A stretch of DNA of 62,944 nucleotides, filler included, from Octopus bimaculoides (GCF_001194135.2; 7 parts of 7 records of this genome joined end to end with filler, not necessarily neighbours in it); one strand, 5' to 3'; shown: positions 12,561 through 25,780, counted from the first letter of the whole stretch. The notes: a model not told the origin generated them from the letters alone. Program-made: numbers and translations.

Positions 12561-13399
12561 TTCGGGCATGATGAAAAATAAGTACCAGTTGAACACGACT
12601 CAGTCCCCACCTCCCAAACCTGCAGTGGGACCGATCCCGGGCCCACGTGATTGCCAAGCGAGCTTCCTAAACACACACCTTGTCCGCATGATCTGGCGAC
12701 AGCCATTATTCATACTGCTCCAGATTTCATTATTAATGCTGTTGTTTTAATAGAATCTATAAAGGGAGCGAGAGGGAGAGGGAGAGAGAGAGGAAGAAGA
12801 GGATGAGGAGTTAGAGAAGGACAAGAGTGACAATGATGATGAGAAGGAAGGGGAGGAAGAGGAAGAGAAGGAGGAAGAGGAGAAGGAGGAAGAGGAGAAG
12901 GATGGTGTGAGTCACCTGGAAACTGTTGTTGGTAACGAAAATATCTTCACTTTATCAAGTACAGAGGAACGTCGACTTTTGGCTTGGAATAGTCTTTGTT
13001 ACAGGTTTCTTACAGTACGTTTACGCGAGCAAGTGTAGGTGTGTATATGTATGTATGTATGTGTGTATGTATGTATGTGTGTATGTATGTATGTAGGTAT
13101 GTGTGTGTGTAGAATTTAGCTTCTGTTTCTAGATACTCAAGCGACTGTGTAGAAACTCCTCCATTGGGTGGCAGTTGTAATGTGATTGTTGCATTTCAAC
13201 TCCAAGTCCGCCCTGATAGAGCTTACCCTTGATTAAAACAATTCCATCCGTGACTATCTCGTGTTGTTTCTATGCACAGAGAACAACACAGGACCGCATT
13301 AGCAAATGTTTTCTTCTCTACGCCAATCGAGTTGTAGTTTTCGAGATATTTGACTACTACTTCTAGCAAGTCAGGCGACTGTGTAAGGTTCCCCATTGT

Positions 13400-14330
13400 G
13401 TTGGTGATGGTGGTGGTGTAGGTGGTGGGTGTGGTGTTGCTGGTGATAAGAGTGTTGGCGGTTAGGGTGGCGGCGACGGTGATGATAGTGGTGCTGGCGA
13501 TAATAGTGGCGGTGGTGTTGGTGATGTCCTGATGGCGGTAGTGAGGATAGAGATGCCTGCAGGGCACGATAATGCGGCGGCGGTGGTGGTGGTGACGGTG
13601 ACGGAGATGGAGCCGGTGGTGATGGTGGTGTATTTATATTAGACACTTAAAATCTTGTTATTTATCAGGCTAGTTTGAGTGAGTTCAGTGAGAAGGAGAT
13701 GAGAAGTGTTGTCGTATGGGTGTTAGTATGAGTGGTGCCCATCACTCCTGCTCCAGCTTTAAGTGCTCGTTGATTGATTACTGGATCGAGAGGAGAATGA
13801 GATGGAGAAGGGGAGGAGAATGAGATGGAGAAGGGAAGGAGGTGGCTCTGCTGAGATCGGTGCTTCATTTACAACTGATACAACGCATTGGTTACTAAAC
13901 GTAAGATAGTGTGAGAGCCTCTCTTCCACCCCACCCTAGCGCTACTTCATCTCACCTTGTTACTTCCATTACTACTGCTGATACCACTACTAACACCACA
14001 ACCACTATCGCCACCTCCAGCATTATCTGCCATCACTACCACCGATGCCCATCACAACCACAACCGTCATCAGCACCATTCTCGCCATCATCACAACCAT
14101 CAACACCAGCACCAACATCAACGTCACCAACACCACTTGTATTACGATCCCTACCGCCGACGCCCATCACCACCACCACCACCACTGTTATCACAGACAC
14201 CATCATCACCATCCATATCACCGCCACTGTCACTACCGTCGCCGCCATCACCCTCATTAATATCATCGACACCACCACCGTCGTCGTTTCTATCAAAGCC
14301 ATCACCACCCCACCGCCACCCACCCCATCA
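13400..14330. repeat. Degenerate (GGT/GAT)n tract followed by a degenerate (CAC/CAT)n tract
   Basis: G-rich triplet tract at 13400-13640 and C-rich triplet tract at 13940-14330. These generate the spurious poly-Thr/His/Pro ORFs. Confidence 0.8.
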
Positions 14331-14744
14331 TGTATTGACTCTTGTTCACAACAGCTGCCTGCTATCATATTTCAATTTCCCTGTAGAAATATTGGTTCAA
14401 AATATCTATAAAAAATCTTCCCCACTCTCACATCCCACATCCACGCGCACACACACACACAAACATATATATGTATATATGTATATGCATATGTGTGCTT
14501 ATGTATGCGCGTATGTGTATGTGTCTCTGTGTGCGTGTGTGTGAATTTATCTGAAAGAATAATAAATGCAAACCAGAACGACAGTTTCCTTCGGATTCTC
14601 GAGAGAAAGAATAGAATGATTCTACGTGGTGCAGTTGGTAACAGAGAGGATAGCTTATTTCGAAATTGCCCGAACACAGTAGTACCTGTAAGCAATGTCT
14701 TACAGAGAAACTTTACATTCAGTTCTATATTTAAGAGATAAGGA

Positions 14745-14870
14745 ATTATGTACATTATTTACACTATTTATATTTGACGGATATTTGTCCTCATCTTGTT
14801 TGTTGTTAACACAATGTTTCGGCTGATATACCTTCCTGACGAAAGGCTGGAGGGTATATCAGCTGAAACT
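14745..14870. mobile_element. Hammerhead-bearing repeat fragment with an inverted (fold-back) junction
   Basis: 14757-14836 matches 27462-27535. 14816-14836 pairs with 14849-14869. Plus-strand CTGACGA at 14836 and GAAAC at 14865. Confidence 0.6.
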
Positions 14871-14924
14871 TGTTTATCACGTTTCTAAATCAAAAGAACG
14901 AACCAATTTCAACTTTTATTCTTT

Positions 14925-15275
14925 TATTTGTTTCAGTCATTTGACATCGGCCATGCTGGAGCACAGCCTTTAGTCGAGCAAATTGACCCCAGGACTTATT
15001 TTTTGTAAACCTAATACTTATTCTATCGGTCGCTTTTGCCGAACCGCTAAGTTATGGGGACGTAAACACACCAGCATCGGTCGTCAAGCGATGTTGGGGA
15101 GACAAGCACAAACACACATGCACGTATGTATGTTTGTGTGTTTGTGTGCGTGTTTGGGCTTGTCTCCCCAACATCGCTTGACAAAGAATATGTCCAAAGG
15201 TCGATTTGTTCGACTAAAGGAGGTGTTCCAGCATGGCCACAGTCAAATGGCTGAAACAAATAAAAGAATATACGA
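14925..15275. mobile_element. Two SINE family A fragments in opposite orientation
   Basis: Reverse 3' half at 14925-15140 and forward tail ggtcgatttgttcgactaaagg...gaaacaaataaaaga at about 15195-15275. Confidence 0.7.
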
Positions 15276-16049
15276 TTTTTGGCCACGTGGGTCAACCCGA
15301 GTATAACAGAAATGAAAGGGTTCCATAGGTAAAAACTGTTTGAGAAGCGCTGATTTACCCCCACGGAGAGCATTATTTCTCAGAGTCCCGTGGCATATTC
15401 GTTCCTTAATGGTCAGACAGGCAGGCAGGGAGACTGACTGACAGCCAGATAGACAGACAAACAGGCACGCAGGCGGACAGTCAAGCATACAGATAAAGAC
15501 TGACTGATAAATAGACAGACTGACGGACAAACTGACGGACAGACAGACAGTGACTAAATAATTTGACAAACTGAATAAATAAATAAAATGTAATCACGTG
15601 GTTAAAGTTCAATGACAAAACAAAAAAAGAGCAAAAAGAAAAAAGCTACAACAAACAAACAAAAAACCAAATCAGATAACGACCAGCCCCTACTCCACCC
15701 ATGCCCCACACCGACGATCCGTGTAAATAAACGAGGACATAACAATTTCTTTAGTGCTTTGTGTGGGAGTGTAGATGTGTGAGGTGTTTGTGTGTGTGTG
15801 TGTGTGTGTGTGGATGGTTGCAGTTTTAACCTATTAGTCATGTGATCGATCTATTTCTATTAAGCCAATGATATTTTGTTACTGGACGAAAAGCAGGGTC
15901 GGTTATCAGCGCTTGTTCGCGTTGTTAGGTTTGTTTGTTTGTTTGTTGTTACGCTTAAATATCTGTTGTCATTGTCTTTGTTGTTTGAATAAGGCGAGGT
16001 TAGCGCGTCGAACAAAAAATTCTTAGCGGCATTTTTGTTCTTTTACTTT

Positions 16050-16385
16050 TCTCCTTTTACTTGTTTCAGTCATTTTGGCTGCGGCCATGCCGGAGCACCA
16101 CCTTTAGTCGAACAAATCGACCCCAGGACTTATTCTTCGTAAGCCTAGTACTTATTCTATCGTTATTATTGCCGAACCGCTAAGTTGCGGAGACGTAAAC
16201 AGACCAATATCGGTTGTCAAGGGATAGTGGGGGGACCATCTGAGTTGAAATTCTGCTGAGATCGACTTTACTGTTCATCCTTCCGGGATCGATAATATAA
16301 GTACCAGTCAAGCAATGGGGTCGACGTAATCGATTTATCCCCATCCCGATATTTCTGGCCCTGTGCCAAAATTTGAAAGCAATTN
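16050..16385. mobile_element. SINE family A 3' half (reverse) abutting a family B fragment (forward)
   Basis: ttacttgtttcagtcatttt...gggggac, then gagttgaaattctgctgagatcgac...taagtaccagt. Confidence 0.7.
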
Positions 16386-17412
16386 NNNNNNNNNNNNNNN
16401 NNNNNNNNNNNNNNNNNNNNNNNNNNNNNNNNNNNNNNNNNNNNNNNNNNNNNNNNNNNNNNNNNNNNNNNNNNNNNNNNNNNNNNNNNNNNNNNNNNNN
16501 NNNNNNNNNNNNNNNNNNNNNNNNNNNNNNNNNNNNNNNNNNNNNNNNNNNNNNNNNNNNNNNNNNNNNNNNNNNNNNNNNNNNNNNNNNNNNNNNNNNN
16601 NNNNNNNNNNNNNNNNNNNNNNNNNNNNNNNNNNNNNNNNNNNNNNNNNNNNNNNNNNNNNNNNNNNNNNNNNNNNNNNNNNNNNNNNNNNNNNNNNNNN
16701 NNNNNNNNNNNNNNNNNNNNNNNNNNNNNNNNNNNNNNNNNNNNNNNNNNNNNNNNNNNNNNNNNNNNNNNNNNNNNNNNNNNNNNNNNNNNNNNNNNNN
16801 NNNNNAAAAAAGGTCTTTTGTTGAAATATCCCGAGGTGAATGGAGTGCATATTTTCACGGGAAACGCATAACCACCTCTCTGCCTTCCCAGCATCTGTAT
16901 CTCTTCAAATACAACATCAATGCTATTTTATACCTGCTCTTCATTGTATGCCTTTTGTCTTTTCTGCTTCTTGTTTTCTTTTTTTGCTTTGCTTTTAACA
17001 TTTAAAAAATATTTTTATATATTTTATCATTTTATATACTGTGGATATTATGTATATTTATATATTTTCTATATCTGTTTATGTTTTATATATTTGAATT
17101 ATATGTATTCATATTATATTATCATATTATATTATCCTATATATATGCTTTCTATATTTATATTCTTTTACGTTTATATATTTTATACATCTATGATAGT
17201 TATACGTTTTCTATATTCATAGGGTTGTCGTTAACAAAATTTCTCGGCCGTCGGGCAATAGAAAAAGTCATTCACAAAACGCACACACAACATAATACAC
17301 ACACACACAATTCACAAGGCACAATATAACACTCGCACACACAACAGGCACAATACACACACGCACAAAATAAATCGCAAACACGCGCACAAACCCACAC
17401 ACGGACAAGCAC

Positions 17413-17449
<37 letters not shown>

Positions 17450-17929
17450 TACATGCACACAAAGAGGAGCGACTAAAGGGTTTAATCGTTAAAGGTTTCT
17501 CTCCCGATTCGTTGTTCCAATGGCTGACAGTTGAAGTTTGATTACGCTTCGTTTTGGCGGTTTTTCCCCTCCATTAACAATTGTTATATTTCCCTTTTGT
17601 TCTTTTTCTTATAATCTTGGTCCTTTTTTTTCTTTTTTCTAGTTATATGCAGTATCGGTGTCCAAATGAAAATTGATGGATTAAATGTAAATTAATTCTA
17701 CTACTGTTGTTGTTGTTGTTGTTTGTGTCTTCATTAGAAAGTGATCGATAGCGTATTTTTTTTATTGTTGTTTTTTTTCGAAAATGAAAACACAAAAAAA
17801 AACAAAACAAAAAAGATTCCTAAAAAGTTGTGAATACTCTCAAAACAAACTACTTCTCTTTGTTTGTTGTTATCGCCAAATAATGAACGAAAACTGACGG
17901 CATGTGTTGAAAGATTGATTAAATAACGG

Positions 17930-18530
17930 CCATGGGGATGATGATGATGATGACGACGACGATGATGATGATGGTGATGACGATGACGACGATGATGGTG
18001 ATGATAATGATGATGACGTCGACGACGACGGTGATGACGATGACGACGACGACGACGATGGTGGTGATGATGACGACGATGATGGTGATGATGATGACGA
18101 CGACGACGAGGATGATGGTAGTGATGATGATGGTGATGATAATGATGATGACGACGATGATGATGATGGTGATGATGGTGGTGATGATGGTGATGATGTA
18201 TTATTGGTATTGGTGGTGGCGATATCGACTATGATGATGATGGTTATGATAGTGCTGGTAGTGGTAAATGGTTGTTATAAATAATGATGATGACGACGAC
18301 GATGATGATGATGATGAGATGGTGGTGATGTTTAGTGGGATAAATGGTGCTGCTGATGATGATGATGAGGTGATGGTGACTGGTGGTGGTAGTACATGAT
18401 GCTGGTGATGTTGAGGATGTTGAAGAGGATGACGACGTAGCGGTCGTAGTGGTGGTGATGATGATGATGATGAGGAGGAGGATGATGATGATGATGTAGA
18501 AGAAGAAGAAGATAGAGGTGTAATATTATT
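17930..18530. repeat. Long compound (GAT/GAC/GGT)n trinucleotide tract
   Basis: Directly visible; source of the poly-Met and poly-His ORFs in the track. Confidence 0.85.
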
Positions 18531-18699
18531 ATTCTTAAATAACTGTTTTGTCGGATGTTGAAAACTGGATTTGTCGGATGTTGACCTCTTTCTGTAATAT
18601 CCTTCAATTGGTGCAAGAAACTTCGAAGTAGCCCCGGTCTTAGATATGCTTTTTCCCTATACTATGGAAATTAATCCATTTCTAGGACTTTTCAAACGA

Positions 18700-18941
18700 A
18701 TCACGTGAGTTTCTCGTATCTTTTTCTTTTTCCCAATAAATTTCACGCCTTCTACTACATAATGGCATATGAGAACGGCGAGCGGTGCCGTAGCGTAATA
18801 TTCGTCCAAATATTTGCCGTTTTCTCCATATTCTCCACGATTTCACTTCATGTGTATGAGCTAAGAAGCGCTGCGCTCATTTGAATTTATTTGACGGGAA
18901 TTTACGCTCTCAGAATGATTTTTAAATATGCCGCCATGTTC
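18700..18941 (-). promoter_or_regulatory. Candidate CpG-rich promoter/first-exon region with a YY1-like site and palindromic E-box
   Basis: gccgccatgtt at 18930-18940 (minus AACATGGCGGC, a YY1-type motif overlapping an ATG) and TCACGTGA at 18701-18708, in unique CpG-retaining sequence. Confidence 0.3.
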
Positions 18942-20143
18942 TACGATATGAAACCGCAATTACAGATAACTTTGTAGGAAAAAAATGTTAAAAACAGAAA
19001 CACATACGACAACCAAAACAACATTAATAAAAATTGAATGAAAAAGGTTCTTCATGATTACTAGACATGCTAGAAATAATAGCCAAATTTCTCATAAGTC
19101 TCTTTCTTCTATCATAAGTAAAAAATCCAAATAGCATATTTGGAATGCGTATTTCTTGATAGAGTGTATCTGAATTTTGCTGTTGTCCTGGGAAAGTCAT
19201 TACACCATATTGGCGTGTGTCATTCAGTCAGTGTATTGGCGTTCTGAAGACACAACAAAATCTGTTTCAACATACGAATTCACATAAAGAATCTTGCAAG
19301 CCAAACACAAAAGCAACATATATCTGAATGAAGGGCAAAATACTCATTGTTCTAAAATTTCTGCTCTTAGATTTTACAGGGCAATTGGATGTTTAAGAAA
19401 CAAATACATAGATAATCCTACTACAACAATACGTATTTTATGCTAAACATAATATGTAAAAATGTAAGTAATATCAAGCATTCACTCCATTGCATATTCT
19501 GATATGTGCATCCATGTGTCTTAAACTGCGTCTTGATGTAATCGCTTTATATATGACTCTGCAATGTGTGTGCGCGTATATGTGCATATATATNNNNNNN
19601 NNNNNNNNNNNNNNNNNNNNNNNNNNNNNNNNNNNNNNNNNNNNNNNNNNNNNNNNNNNNNNNNNNNNNNNNNNNNNNNNNNNNNNNNNNNNNNNNNNNN
19701 NNNNNNNNNNNNNNNNNNNNNNNNNNNNNNNNNNNNNNNNNNNNNNNNNNNNNNNNNNNNNNNNNNNNNNNNNNNNNNNNNNNNNNNNNNNNNNNNNNNN
19801 NNNNNNNNNNNNNNNNNNNNNNNNNNNNNNNNNNNNNNNNNNNNNNNNNNNNNNNNNNNNNNNNNNNNNNNNNNNNNNNNNNNNNNNNNNNNNNNNNNNN
19901 NNNNNNNNNNNNNNNNNNNNNNNNNNNNNNNNNNNNNNNNNNNNNNNNNNNNNNNNNNNNNNNNNNNNNNNNNNNNNNNNNNNNNNNNNNNNNNNNNNNN
20001 NNNNNNNNNNNNNNNNNNNNNNNNNNNNNNNNNNNNNNNNNNNNNNNNNNNNNNNNNNNNNNNNNNNNNNNNNNNNNNNNNNNAATACTTAGTGTATCTC
20101 ATCAGAGGTAAGAAACTAAGCAAAATTGAACATGTACAAATTA

Positions 20144-20181
<38 letters not shown>

Positions 20182-20619
20182 AAGCTTCTACTAATGCTGC
20201 TAATAGGTTTCTATCGGCTTTGAGAATTTAACAGCATTTGCTCATTGTCCCTTTTGATATCAAATTAATTAGGTAAACTAAATATATGATAATTCTGTTT
20301 TCATCGCATAAAATTATAAGCACATGCTATAATACGGACAACTATTTCATACCCACTTTTCGAATGCCGTCTGTTGTGCTTTTCACCTGCTTGTTTTTCT
20401 CCGTCCTATCCTGTCAATCTTAATTGTCGGAACCAGATGTCTTACTTATTTCAGGCAAGACGTTTAGCATCTTAAACCTCCGCAAGTAAATTCCATAAAT
20501 ATCTCAACTGACATTAGAAATATTTGCGTTCCATTGCTACAGTCCCGAACTTTCTTTTATGTAGTATTTTTTTTCTTTTTTTGTAATTCTTTAACGTTTA
20601 CAAGAAATTTTTTGCGTGA

Positions 20620-20673
<54 letters not shown>

Positions 20674-22524
20674 GTGTATGTGTGTGTGTGTGTGTGTACT
20701 AATTTATCTTTAGGGTAATTTAAAAAAAAAATTTGCCGTAAAATATTACGGTGTAAGCATTTAGATTTTAATTCTTAGTGTACTTATATACATACATACT
20801 GGTCTTCGAAACGTCTAGATAGAATAGAGACAGCTGATGAAGGGATATTCCAAGGTGCTTTCCGTTTTCCTATGTGTTCGTTCCGTTGTCTGTAGTTTAT
20901 TGTTCTAACGTCCTGTACCCTGATATGCATGTATATACACATGTAGANNNNNNNNNNNNNNNNNNNNNNNNNNNNNNNNNNNNNNNNNNNNNNNNNNNNN
21001 NNNNNNNNNNNNNNNNNNNNNNNNNNNNNNNNNNNNNNNNNNNNNNNNNNNNNNNNNNNNNNNNNNNNNNNNNNNNNNNNNNNNNNNNNNNNNNNNNNNN
21101 NNNNNNNNNNNNNNNNNNNNNNNNNNNNNNNNNNNNNNNNNNNNNNNNNNNNNNNNNNNNNNNNNNNNNNNNNNNNNNNNNNNNNNNNNNNNNNNNNNNN
21201 NNNNNNNNNNNNNNNNNNNNNNNNNNNNNNNNNNNNNNNNNNNNNNNNNNNNNNNNNNNNNNNNNNNNNNNNNNNNNNNNNNNNNNNNNNNNNNNNNNNN
21301 NNNNNNNNNNNNNNNNNNNNNNNNNNNNNNNNNNNNNNNNNNNNNNNNNNNNNNNNNNNNNNNNNNNNNNNNNNNNNNNNNNNNNNNNNNNNNNNNNNNN
21401 NNNNNNNCGTGTGTGTAAATGTGCACATACTCTGTCACAGCGTGCGAATATATCGCGGTTCTCTCACTCTTACGATATTTAAAAGAAAACAAATCAACAT
21501 TGGCTGATGTAGTTCCAGACACAATATGTCTGCTTTGAAAACAAGCATGATCACAGATGGGATGTCTTTGATCGTAAGTGTGCCGGATAAAGACCAGCGT
21601 AGGGTTAAACAACAACAACAACAATAATAATAATCATAACAATAACAGTAACAATAACATAAGCAAACATGCATGCCGTGAAAGAATGGACAAAAAATAT
21701 AAACTCTAGAAGAAAATGGTGGGGTTGGGGATCGAAAGAAACTCAACAAAAAAAAACAGTGTGAAATATGTGAGGTGGTGAATGTCAGTGGGAAGGAAAA
21801 ATACGATTAACCGGAAGTGATAGAACGGAAGTTAGACGTGGTGTGATACTACTTAACACATACCAAAGTGTTTGAAAATAAGAAAACAACAGCAACATTT
21901 GCAATGTGTGTATGGCAGTGAATATGTGCTATGTGTGTTTGTGTGCGTGTGTATATATATGTGTGTGCATCGTTGTATACGTATATATATGTATGTATGT
22001 ATGTATATGTATGTGTGTGTGTGTGCATGCATATATATGCGTGTATATATACGTATATATAGACATATATATGTGTATACATATATATACTCTATGTACA
22101 CGTTTGGTGCAATATATCTACATATATATATATAGACTGAGATATCAAGATGTCTCACCTGAATCCAGCTAAGCTGGTAAATTTCTGCACACTGTAATGA
22201 CATGTAAAAATAAAAAATAAAATAAAAAGATGAGAAAGGAAAATGATACACACACAAAACAAAAAAGACATATGATCAATGTGTGTTTGAACCTCCATTT
22301 AACATTTAGAGCTGATAATGTAAACGATATAATTTTTAATTGTAAATGAATAGAAATGAATATTTTAATGAATATTTTTACTTACATGACGGGTATTCAG
22401 TGATGGATATATATATGCGTTTATATGATGAGAGTGGGGGAGAGAGAGAGAGCGAGAGAGAGATCTATAGACCTATACGCATATTTTGATACACTCAGAC
22501 AAATAGACAGATCGATAACAACCT

Positions 22525-22620
22525 CTGCAGAATTTGAACTCAGATCGTAGCGACAGCAGGCGAAATACCGCTAAGCATTTCGTCCATCGTGTTCACGATT
22601 CTGCCAGCTCGCCATGCCCG
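22525..22620 (-). mobile_element. SINE family B 5' part, reverse
   Basis: gaatttgaactcag...cgaaataccgctaagcatttcg...ctgccagctcgcc. Confidence 0.75.
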
Positions 22621-22725
22621 ACGAATAATAATTCTTTCTACAAAAGGCACAAGTAGCTGATCATTCATTTGTTTCATAGACAATTAAACAATTGATTGTT
22701 TTTCTTTTTATCCAACACATTGAAC

Positions 22726-23013
22726 CAGTAGTGCTCAATCAGGGTCCATATGACCCTTGAGGGTCCATATAAGACTTTCCTATTAACTTTTATGAGCAAT
22801 AAATTGGTTATATTTATACAATATACAAAATATCTTAACAATTCTTTATATAATTTCTAATAATATTCAATCATAAAAAAAATATATATATAAAATTGTT
22901 TTATATATTTTTTAAACATCGAACGGCTATGGGGATCAATCCAAGTGAAATAGAAATCAAAGGAGTTCAGAGGTAAAAAAAAGAAAAGAAAAAAAAGGGT
23001 TTGAGAAACACTG
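22726..23013. mobile_element. hAT-type MITE
   Basis: Terminal inverted repeats cagtagtgctcaa / ttgagaaacactg; 8-bp TSD cattgaac / cagtgaac. Confidence 0.75.
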
Positions 23014-24872
23014 CAGTGAACAAAGTATGGGTTAGCTAGTTCGTTAGATTGTCTAACAATGTGATATTGAACCAATGCGCGAGTTTCTTTATTATTATTG
23101 GCGTAATGGCCGTCCCAAGAAACGAAGAGGTTATCCTTATTAATGAATTAAATTTCTCTATCAACAGCAGACAAAAGATGTTCAAAGCTAACTGGCTAAT
23201 ATGTCACGACCATCCATCAGCACATTACTGCATAACACAGAACGGACATAATCACCGGTGTACTCTCGATGAGTGAGTTTTCAAGACTGCAATATTAAAA
23301 TATTACGTAAAAGTGTAAACCGTTGTTCTTACTCGGCTTTCCTTTCCTTTTTGTAGTTGTTTTCTGAAACACTTTACCATAATGCCTTATAATAAACAGC
23401 TCCCATGTACATATACATATTCATGTGCATATGCATAAAACACATAGACAACATACGAATTCAGTTCCTCATCAGCTGTCGACCAAGTATCATCATAGTC
23501 TCGATACCTTCCGACTATATTGCTCAATATGTCAATGTCAGCAGCAATAGTTACTGGTTCGTATACATACATATATATATATATATACACATACATACAT
23601 ACACACACTTACATACATATATGTATATGTGTGTGTGTGTACATACACCGAATTCTTTAACTATCGGCGTCGTATAAGAGCTTTCGGAGAATGCTGTCCT
23701 GCAGCCAATTGGTGNNNNNNNNNNNNNNNNNNNNNNNNNNNNNNNNNNNNNNNNNNNNNNNNNNNNNNNNNNNNNNNNNNNNNNNNNNNNNNNNNNNNNN
23801 NNNNNNNNNNNNNNNNNNNNNNNNNNNNNNNNNNNNNNNNNNNNNNNNNNNNNNNNNNNNNNNNNNNNNNNNNNNNNNNNNNNNNNNNNNNNNNNNNNNN
23901 NNNNNNNNNNNNNNNNNNNNNNNNNNNNNNNNNNNNNNNNNNNNNNNNNNNNNNNNNNNNNNNNNNNNNNNNNNNNNNNNNNNNNNNNNNNNNNNNNNNN
24001 NNNNNNNNNNNNNNNNNNNNNNNNNNNNNNNNNNNNNNNNNNNNNNNNNNNNNNNNNNNNNNNNNNNNNNNNNNNNNNNNNNNNNNNNNNNNNNNNNNNN
24101 NNNNNNNNNNNNNNNNNNNNNNNNNNNNNNNNNNNNNNNNNNNNNNNNNNNNNNNNNNNNNNNNNNNNNNNNNNNNNNNNNNNNNNNNNNNNNNNNNNNN
24201 NNNNNNNNNNNNNNNNNNNNNNNNNNNNNNNNNNNNNNNNNNNNNNNNNNNNNNNNNNNNNNNNNNNNNNNNNNNNNNNNNNNNNNNNNNNNNNNNNNNN
24301 NNNNNNNNNTTACTTCAGCTAGATTTGAAACCGCAAATAGGAAAGGAAACAGTTTTTAAAATTAAGATGCATTAACCAAATAGTTAAAGAGTTTCTCATC
24401 TAATCATTACCTCTTGATGCTAAACAATAATTCTTTTATTCCCTTTTTTCGTTTATTATTATCATTATTATTTGTTTTTTTTTTTGTTTTTGCTTTTGAC
24501 GAGATCAACAATCTGCTTTGTAGCAAGTATTGTTATCTTTACGCCATGTTTTCATTCACGTAAGAGATACATTTACAAGAAAGGCCTCCTCCTCCTCCTC
24601 TTCATTCCACTCTGTAAATACATTACGCTAAACTAAATCGCAAAACACACTCACACACGCGCACGCAAACTCACAGCGCTCCTGCGCACACACGCCAACA
24701 TGTGTGTTAGATTTATATGCCGTATGTATGTCTGTGTGTATATGTATGTACGCGCGTGTATTATGTATAGCTATAGGTAAATATAAATATATGCATTAGT
24801 ATATATATATATATATGCATATATACATTATTTTATATATATATATATATATGCATATATACATACATACAT

Positions 24873-24917
<45 letters not shown>

Positions 24918-25544
24918 NNNNNNNNNNNNNNNNNNNNNNNNNNNNNNNNNNNNNNNNNNNNTTAATTAATTAANNNNNNNNNNNNNNNNNNNNNNNNNNN
25001 NNNNNNNNNNNNNNNNNACAGAAGCTGGCCAACCAGAAAGCTGCACCAGGTTCCAATTGTCTGTTTAGGCATTGTTTCTAGGCTTTAAAGGGGCACATAA
25101 AAAAAAAATTGTGCTGGTGGGGAGGAAGGAGATAAAAGGATTCCTCTAGAAAGTTCAGAAGGATTGACTATTGATGAATACAACAGAAAACCCCAAAATT
25201 CTCCATATTTCTATCCTTCATTAGAAATAAATATGGAAATAGCGTGGTATTGGATTGTATCAATTCAATAACCTTCTGCTAAACATAAGTGATCTGAATG
25301 AAGCAGATGTTGACACACCTGAACAACACTTAAACATCCTACTTCTTAAAAACCCAGTTGAAGTTACATCACAGCAAGAAACATGTAAGGTGACAGTAGT
25401 AGAGAACTTCCTTAAGGAAAGGCTACAGTATACAATAGCATTGGTGTATCCCAGTATCCTAGACTGACTATAACTCAGTGGCTGGAAATATTAAGGCTTA
25501 GAAATGAATCACTAAAATTAAATGAAAACATATAAAGGTTTCAA

Positions 25545-25745
25545 ATTTTGGCACAAAGCCAGCAATTATGAGGGAGCAGGTAAGTCAGTTACATCGACCC
25601 CAGTGCTCAACTGGTACTTGTTTTACTGACCCTGAAAGAATGAAATGTAAAATCGACCTTGGTGGAATTTGAACTCAGAACATGATGACAGACGAAATGC
25701 TGCTAAGCATTTTGCCCAGCTTGCTAATGATACTGCCAGCTCAAA
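25545..25745 (-). mobile_element. SINE family B, reverse, CpG-decayed
   Basis: caaattttggcacaaagcc...atcgaccccag...ctggtac...gaatttgaactcag...ctgccagctca. Confidence 0.75.
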
Positions 25746-25780
25746 ACATAGACTAACTGCAGCAAAACTTAGAAACTCAC

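Noticed and set aside
13400-14330. Thr/Pro/His-rich mucin-like ORFs and a possible large hairpin between the G-rich and C-rich tracts
   Set aside because: Degenerate triplet repeats with no splice or start context; the complementarity is compositional rather than specific.
20800-20860. GAAACGTC and CTGATGA hammerhead half-motifs
   Set aside because: They occur in an order, and without the stems, that does not make a complete ribozyme in this copy; at most a fragment of another pLTR-like repeat.
25240-25480. Open frames on both strands just downstream of the GAGD exon
   Set aside because: Phase-2 acceptors give either early stops or peptides unlike the expected PfkB C-terminus.
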